Below are positions 58,269 to 64,000 of a DNA stretch of 64,000 nucleotides, piece after piece. How positions within the stretch are numbered: position 1 is the first letter of the stretch; every line of letters starts with the position of its first letter. The position numbers were made by a program, and so were the translations under genes. This stretch comes from Squalus acanthias (Eukaryota): NCBI GenBank assembly GCA_030390025.1, contig CM059432.1, forward strand, positions 64,668,001-64,732,000, written 5' to 3'. The notes beneath the pieces are model-generated. The model worked only from the letters and a program-made list of their open reading frames with translations, had not been told where the DNA came from and did not search any database.

Positions 58269-61200
58269 AGCAATGTGGTTGACTCTTAACTGCCCTCTGA
58301 AATGGCTTAGCAAGTCACTCAGTTGTAAATAACTGCTACGAAACAAAATAATAAGAATGAAACCGGACGACCACCCGGCATTGACCTCGACACCGGCTAC
58401 GGACACGGCAACGGTGCACCCAGCCCAGTCAACCCTGCAAAGTCCTCCTCACCAACATCTGGGAACTTGTGCCAAAATTGGGAGAGCTGTCCCACAGACT
58501 AGTCAAGCAACAGCCTGACATAGGCATACTCACAGAATCATACCTTTCAGCCAATGTCCTGAACGCCTCCATCACCATCCCTGGGTATGTACTGTCCCAC
58601 CGGCAGGACAGGCCCAACAGGGGTGGTGGCACAGTGGTATGCAGTCAGGAAGGAGTGGCCCTGGGAGTCCTCAACATTGACTCTGGACCCCATGAAGTCT
58701 CATGGCTTCAGGTCAAGCATGGGCAAGGACACCTCCTGCTGATTACCACCTACCACCCTCCCTCAGCTGATGAATCAGTACTCCTCCATGTTGAACACCA
58801 CTTGGAAGAATACTGAGAGTAGCAAGGGCACAGAATGTACTCTGGGTGGAGGACTTCAATGCCCATCACCAAGAGTGGCTCAGTAGCACCACTATTGACC
58901 GAGCTGGCTGAGTCCTGAAGGACATAACTGCCAGTCTGGGCCTGCGACAGGTGGTGAGTGAACCAACAAGAGGGAAAAACCTACTTGACCTCGTCCTCTC
59001 CAATCTACCTGTCGCAGATGTATCTGTCCATGACAGCATTGGCAGCAGTGACCACCGCACAGTCACTGTGGAGACGAAGTCCCGTCTTCACACTGAGGAC
59101 ACCCTCCATCGTGTTGTGTGGCACTACCACCGTGCTAAATGGGATAGATTCCGAACAGATCTAGCAGCTCAAAACTGGGCATCCATGAGGTGCTGTGGGC
59201 CATCAGCAGCAGCAGAATTGTATTCCACCTCAATCTGTAACCTCATGGCCCGGCATATCCCTCACTCTACCATTACCACCAAGCCAGGGGACGAACCATG
59301 GTTCAACAACGAGTGTAGAGAGCATGCCAGGAGCAGCACCAGACATACCTAAAAATGAGGTGCCAACCTGGGGAAGCTGCAACACAGGACTACATGCATG
59401 CTAAAAAGCGGAAGCAGCATGCTATAGACAGGGCTAAGCGATCCCACAATCAACGGATCAGATCAAAGCTCTGCAGTCCTGCCACATCCAGTCGTGAATG
59501 GTGGTCGACCATTAAACAACTAACGGGATGAGGAGGCTCCAAAAATTTCTCCATCCTCAATTATGGTGGAGCCCAGCACGTGAGTGCAAAAGACAAGGCT
59601 GAAGCGTTTGCAACCAACTTCAGCCAGAAGTGCCGAGTGGATGATCCATATCGGCCTACTCCCGAGGTCCCCACCATCACAGAAGCCATTCTTCAGCCAA
59701 TTCGATTCACTCCACGTGATATCAAGAAACGGCTGAGTGCACTGGATACAGCAAAGGCTATGGGTCCCGACAACATCCCGGCTATCGCGCTGAAGACTTG
59801 TGCTCCAGAACTAGCCACGCCTCTAGCCAAGATGTTCCAGTACAGCTACAACACTGGCATCTATCCAACAATGTGGAAAACTGCCCAGGTATGTCCTGTC
59901 CACAAAAAGCAGGACAAATCCAACCCGGCCAATTACCGCCCAATCAGTCTACTCTCAATCATCAGCAAAGTGATGGAAGGTGTCATCGACAGTGCTATCA
60001 AGTGGCACTTACTCACCAATAACCTGCTCACTGATGCCCAGTTTGGGTTCGCCAAGACCACACGGCTCCTGACCTCATTACAGCCTTGGTCCAAACATGG
60101 ACAAAGGAGCTGAATTCCAGACGTGAGGTGAGAGTGACTGCCCTTGACATCAAGGCAGCATTTGACTAAGTCTGGCATCAAGGAGCCCTAGTAAAACTGA
60201 AGTCAATGGGAATCAGGGGGAAAACGCTCCACTGGCTGGAGCCATACCTAGCACAAAGGAAGATGGTTGTGGTGGTTGAAGGTCAATCATCACAGCCCCA
60301 GGACATCACTGCAGGAGTTCCTCAGGGCAGTGTCCTAGGCCCAAACATCTTCAGCTGCTTCATCAATGACCTTCCCTCCAACATAAGGTTAGAAATGGGG
60401 ATGTTCGCTGATGACTGCATTGTGTTCAGCGCCATTCGCAACTCCACAGATAATGAAGCAATCCATGCAACAAGACCTGGATGACGTTCCGGCTTGGGCT
60501 GATAAGTGGCAGGTAACATTCGCGCCACAGAAGTGCCAGGCAATGACTATCTCCAACAAGCGAGCATCTAACCACCGCCCCTTGACATTCAACAGCATTA
60601 CCATCGCCGAATCCCCCACCATCAACATCCTGGGGGGGTCACCATTAACCAGAAACTTAACTGGACCAGCCACATAAATACTGTGGCAACAAGTGCAGGT
60701 CAGAGGCTAGGTATTCTGTGGCGAGTCTCACCTCCTGACTCCCCAAAGCCTTTTCACCATCTACAAGGCACAAGTAAGGAGTGTGATGGAATACTCTCCA
60801 CTTGCCTGGATGAGTGCAGCTCCAACAACACTCAAGAAGCTCGACACCATACAGGACAAAGCAGCCCGCTTGATTGGCACTCCATCCACCACCTTAAACA
60901 TTCACTCCCTCCATCACCGGCGTACCGTGGCTGAAGTGTGTACCATCTACAAGATGCACTGCAGCAACTTGCCAAGGCTTCTTCGGCAGCACCTCCCAAA
61001 CCCGCGACCGCTTCCACCTAGAAGGACAAGGGCAGCAGGCGCATGGGAACAGCACCACCTCCAAGTTCCCCTCCAAGTCACACACCATCCTGACTTAGAA
61101 GTATATCGCCAATCCTTCATCGTCACTGGGTCAAAATCCAGGAACTCCCTACCTAACAGCACTGTTGGAATACCATCACCACACGGACTGCAGCGGTTCA

Positions 61201-61300
61201 AGAAGGTGGCTCACCACCACCTTCTCAAGGGCAACTAGGGATGGGCAATAAATGCTGGCATTGTCAGCGACGCCCTGATCTCATAAACGAAGAAAAAAAA
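58269..61300 (+). mobile_element. About 3-kb non-LTR retrotransposon (CR1/L2-group), APE endonuclease plus RT, frameshifted
   Basis: [69 protein letters not shown] and HHRRTVA. Ends AATAAA plus an A-rich tail. Confidence 0.92.
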
Positions 61301-62030
61301 AATTCCTCCAATTAAACATTGCGAAGACTGAAGTCATTGTCTTCAGCCCCCACCACAAACTCCAATCCCTAGCTACTGTTTCCATAACCCTCCCTGGCCA
61401 CCGTCGCATGCTGAACCAGATGGTTCGCAACCTTGGCACCTTATTTGATCCTGAGCAAAGCTTCCGATCATATATCCAGCACAAAGATCGCCAACTTCCA
61501 TTTCCATAATATCGCCCGTCTACTGTTGAAACTCTTATCAATGCTTTTGTGACCACCAGACTCGACTATTCCAATGCTCTCCAGGCTTGCCTCCCTTTGT
61601 GCACCCTCCATAAACTTGAGCTCATCTAAAACTCTGCTGCCCCTATCCTAACCCACACCAAGTCACGTTCACCCATCACGCCTGTGTTCGCTGACCTACA
61701 TTGGCTAAAAACCCTTCCATTTTAAAATTCTCATCCTTATGTTCAAATCCCTCCATGACTTTGCCCCTCCCTATCTCTGCAACCTCCTCCAACCCTCCAA
61801 ACCTCCAAGAACTCTTTGTTCCTCTAATTCTAGCCTCTTATGCATCCCCCACCATTGGTGGCTGTGAGCTTCAGCTGTCTAGGCCCTAACCTTTGGAATT
61901 CCCTCGCATAACCACTCCAACTCCCCCTCCTCCTTGAAGGCCCATCTTAAAACCTACCTCTTTGACCAACCATTTAGTCACCTGTGCTATTATCTCCTTT
62001 TTCGGTTCAGTGTCAATTTTTGTCTGATTC

Positions 62031-62733
62031 CTCGTAAAAGAAACACAAAAAGTTAGCATGCTGGTACAGCAACTTATTAGGAAGGCAAATGGCATGTTGG
62101 CCTTTATTGCAAGGGGGTTGGAATACAAGAGTAAGGAGGTTTTACTACAATTGTACAGGGCTTTGGTGGGACCACACCTGGAGTACTGTGCACAGTTTTG
62201 GTCTCTTTATCTGAGGATATACTTGCCTTGGAGGCAGTGCAACAAAGGTTCACTAGATTGATTCCTGGGATGAGAGGGCTGTCCTCTGATGAGAAATTGT
62301 GTAGAATGGGCCTATACTCTCTGGAGTTTAGAAGACTAAGAGGTGATCTCATTGAAACATACAAGATTCTGAAGGGGATTGACAGAGTAGATGCTGAGAG
62401 GTTGTTTCCCCTGGCTGGAGTGTCTAGAACTAGGGGGCATAGTCTCAGGATAAGTGGTAGGCCATTTAAGGCTCAGATGAGGAGGAATTTCTTCACTCAG
62501 AGGGTTGTGAATCTTTGGAATTCTCTACCCCAGAGGGCTGTGGATGCTGAGTTGTTGAGTATGTTCAAGGCTGAGATAGATAGATTTTTGGCCTCTAGGG
62601 GAATCAAGGGATATGGGGATCGGGCGGGAAAGTGGAGTTGAGGTCGATGATCAGCCTTGATCTTATTGAATGGCGGAGCAGGCTCGAAGGGCTGTATGGC
62701 CTACTCCTGGTCCTAATTCTTATGTTCTTATGT
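62031..62733 (+). mobile_element. CR1 LINE 3' end
   Basis: PHLEYCAQFWS, RRLRGDLIE and a (TTCTTATG)n tail. Short TTCCT duplication. Same family as 23685-25576. Confidence 0.93.
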
Positions 62734-62811
62734 TCCTGTGAAGTCTCTTGGAATGTTTTGCTACACTGTATAAATGCAAGTTGTTGTTATTGTTGAATAC
62801 AAAAGAAAAAA

Positions 62812-64000
62812 ACAGAAAGACTTGCATTTTTATAGCGCCTTTCATGACCACCGGACATCCCAAAGCGCTTTACAGCCAATGAAGTACTTTTTGAAGTGGA
62901 ATCACAGGGGGTGATTTTCTCAATGGGGGCGCATTGGGGGTGGGACTGCTGCTTGTCGGGTTTCAGTGCCACCTTCATCGACTTGTGGCCAACCCACGCT
63001 ATTTTCACTTGATTGACCTTGTTAAGCCTGCCCAGCGGGCTTAGCAGGCCAATTAAGGGGAAGCCGGTTACAGAGAACGTCAGTGTATGACGTTTCATCT
63101 GTCAAAGATGAATTGTCATCGTTTGACAGCTCTGTGAAGCTGTCAAATACTGACATTCTATGTTGTTTGATGAGTCCTTGTATTAAAGACTCATCAAACC
63201 TCTTTTGTGAGCAGAAATCAGATGGCTGTTGCACGGAGAATGCAGCAGCCATCTGTCATCTCTGCTGGTGAGATGCGAGACTCTCCGCATCCTCAACTGT
63301 TGAAGCCTGCAGGAAGAAACAAAGGTAAGTAAACATTTTCTATAACTTTCCACTCACCTCACATACTCACCTCTCCACACTTGCACCCATCACTCACCTC
63401 CACAGCACACTTTTGCACCCCGCAGACCCCCGCAGACCCACTGCTCATCTCGGTGACCCTGGCGGGGTTTCCCGACGTCGGGAAGCCCGCGCCTTTGCTG
63501 GAAAAATAGGGATAATCCTCTTAACTGCCTGTTAACAGACAGTTAAGTGGCTATAATCCCCTTCCTGCCTCCAGGAGACGGGACCCGGCGTGGGTCAGGT
63601 ACCCGCCTCCTGGGAAGATGGCACGGAGACGGGTTGGGGGGGCGGGATGGGTACCCGCCCCCAGAATCTGCCATTTTCCCGGCAAAATCCAGCCCACTGT
63701 TGTAATGTAGGAAATGTGGCAGCCAATTTGCGCACAGCAAGCTCCCACAAATAGCAACGTGATAATGACCAGATAATCAGCTTTTGTTTTGTGATGTTGA
63801 TTGAGGGATAAATATTGGCTAGGATACCGGGGATAACTCCCCTGTTCTTCTTCAAAATAGCATCATAGGATCTTTTACATCCACCTGCGAACGTAGACGG
63901 GGCCTTGGTTTAACATTTCATCTGAAATACAACACCTCCGACAGTGCAGCACTCCCTCTGGAGTGTCAGCCTAGTTTTTGTGCGCAAGTCTCTGGAGTTG
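62812..64000 (-). mobile_element. Deu-domain SINE (SacSINE1-like), split by a MITE, runs off the window end
   Basis: 62812-62906 and 63696-64000 are collinear with 33257-33650. Confidence 0.88.
62907..63695. mobile_element. Harbinger-type MITE
   Basis: Ends GGGGGTGATTTT / AAAATCCAGCCC. ACA/ACT 3-bp near-duplication. Interrupts the SINE. Confidence 0.8.

Larger units (their letters stand above)
58040..62793 (+). mobile_element. L2 LINE 3' part, split by two younger LINEs (pieces 58040-58268, 61301-62030, 62734-62793)
   Basis: HMYADDTQLY, VRNLG, RLDYSN, KTYLF and a TATAAATGCAAG(TTG)n tail. Confidence 0.9.

Overview
Repeat-dense, non-genic-looking vertebrate DNA, most likely from a cartilaginous fish. 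That assignment is inferred from Deu-domain (SacSINE1-like) and V-domain (HE1-like) SINEs together with CR1, L2 and Penelope-like elements. PIF/Harbinger DNA transposons dominate. At least five large copies carry a HARBI1-like DDE transposase and/or a convergent three-exon Myb/SANT-like gene, all disabled by small indels, stops or deletions. Internally deleted derivatives and about ten MITEs with 3-bp target-site duplications (TSDs) are also present, often nested. Non-LTR elements include CR1 fragments, L2 fragments and a near full-length ORF2 LINE. The only convincing host-gene sequence is a minus-strand terminal exon (17313-17570) encoding the C-terminal half of a TIR_2-like domain with Asp where TIR NADases have the catalytic Glu. 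The most striking small structure is a Penelope-like insertion at about 27.9-28.1 kb: a perfect 89-bp inverted repeat with a minimal hammerhead ribozyme motif on each strand. All family assignments come from recognising motifs by eye; no database searches were run.
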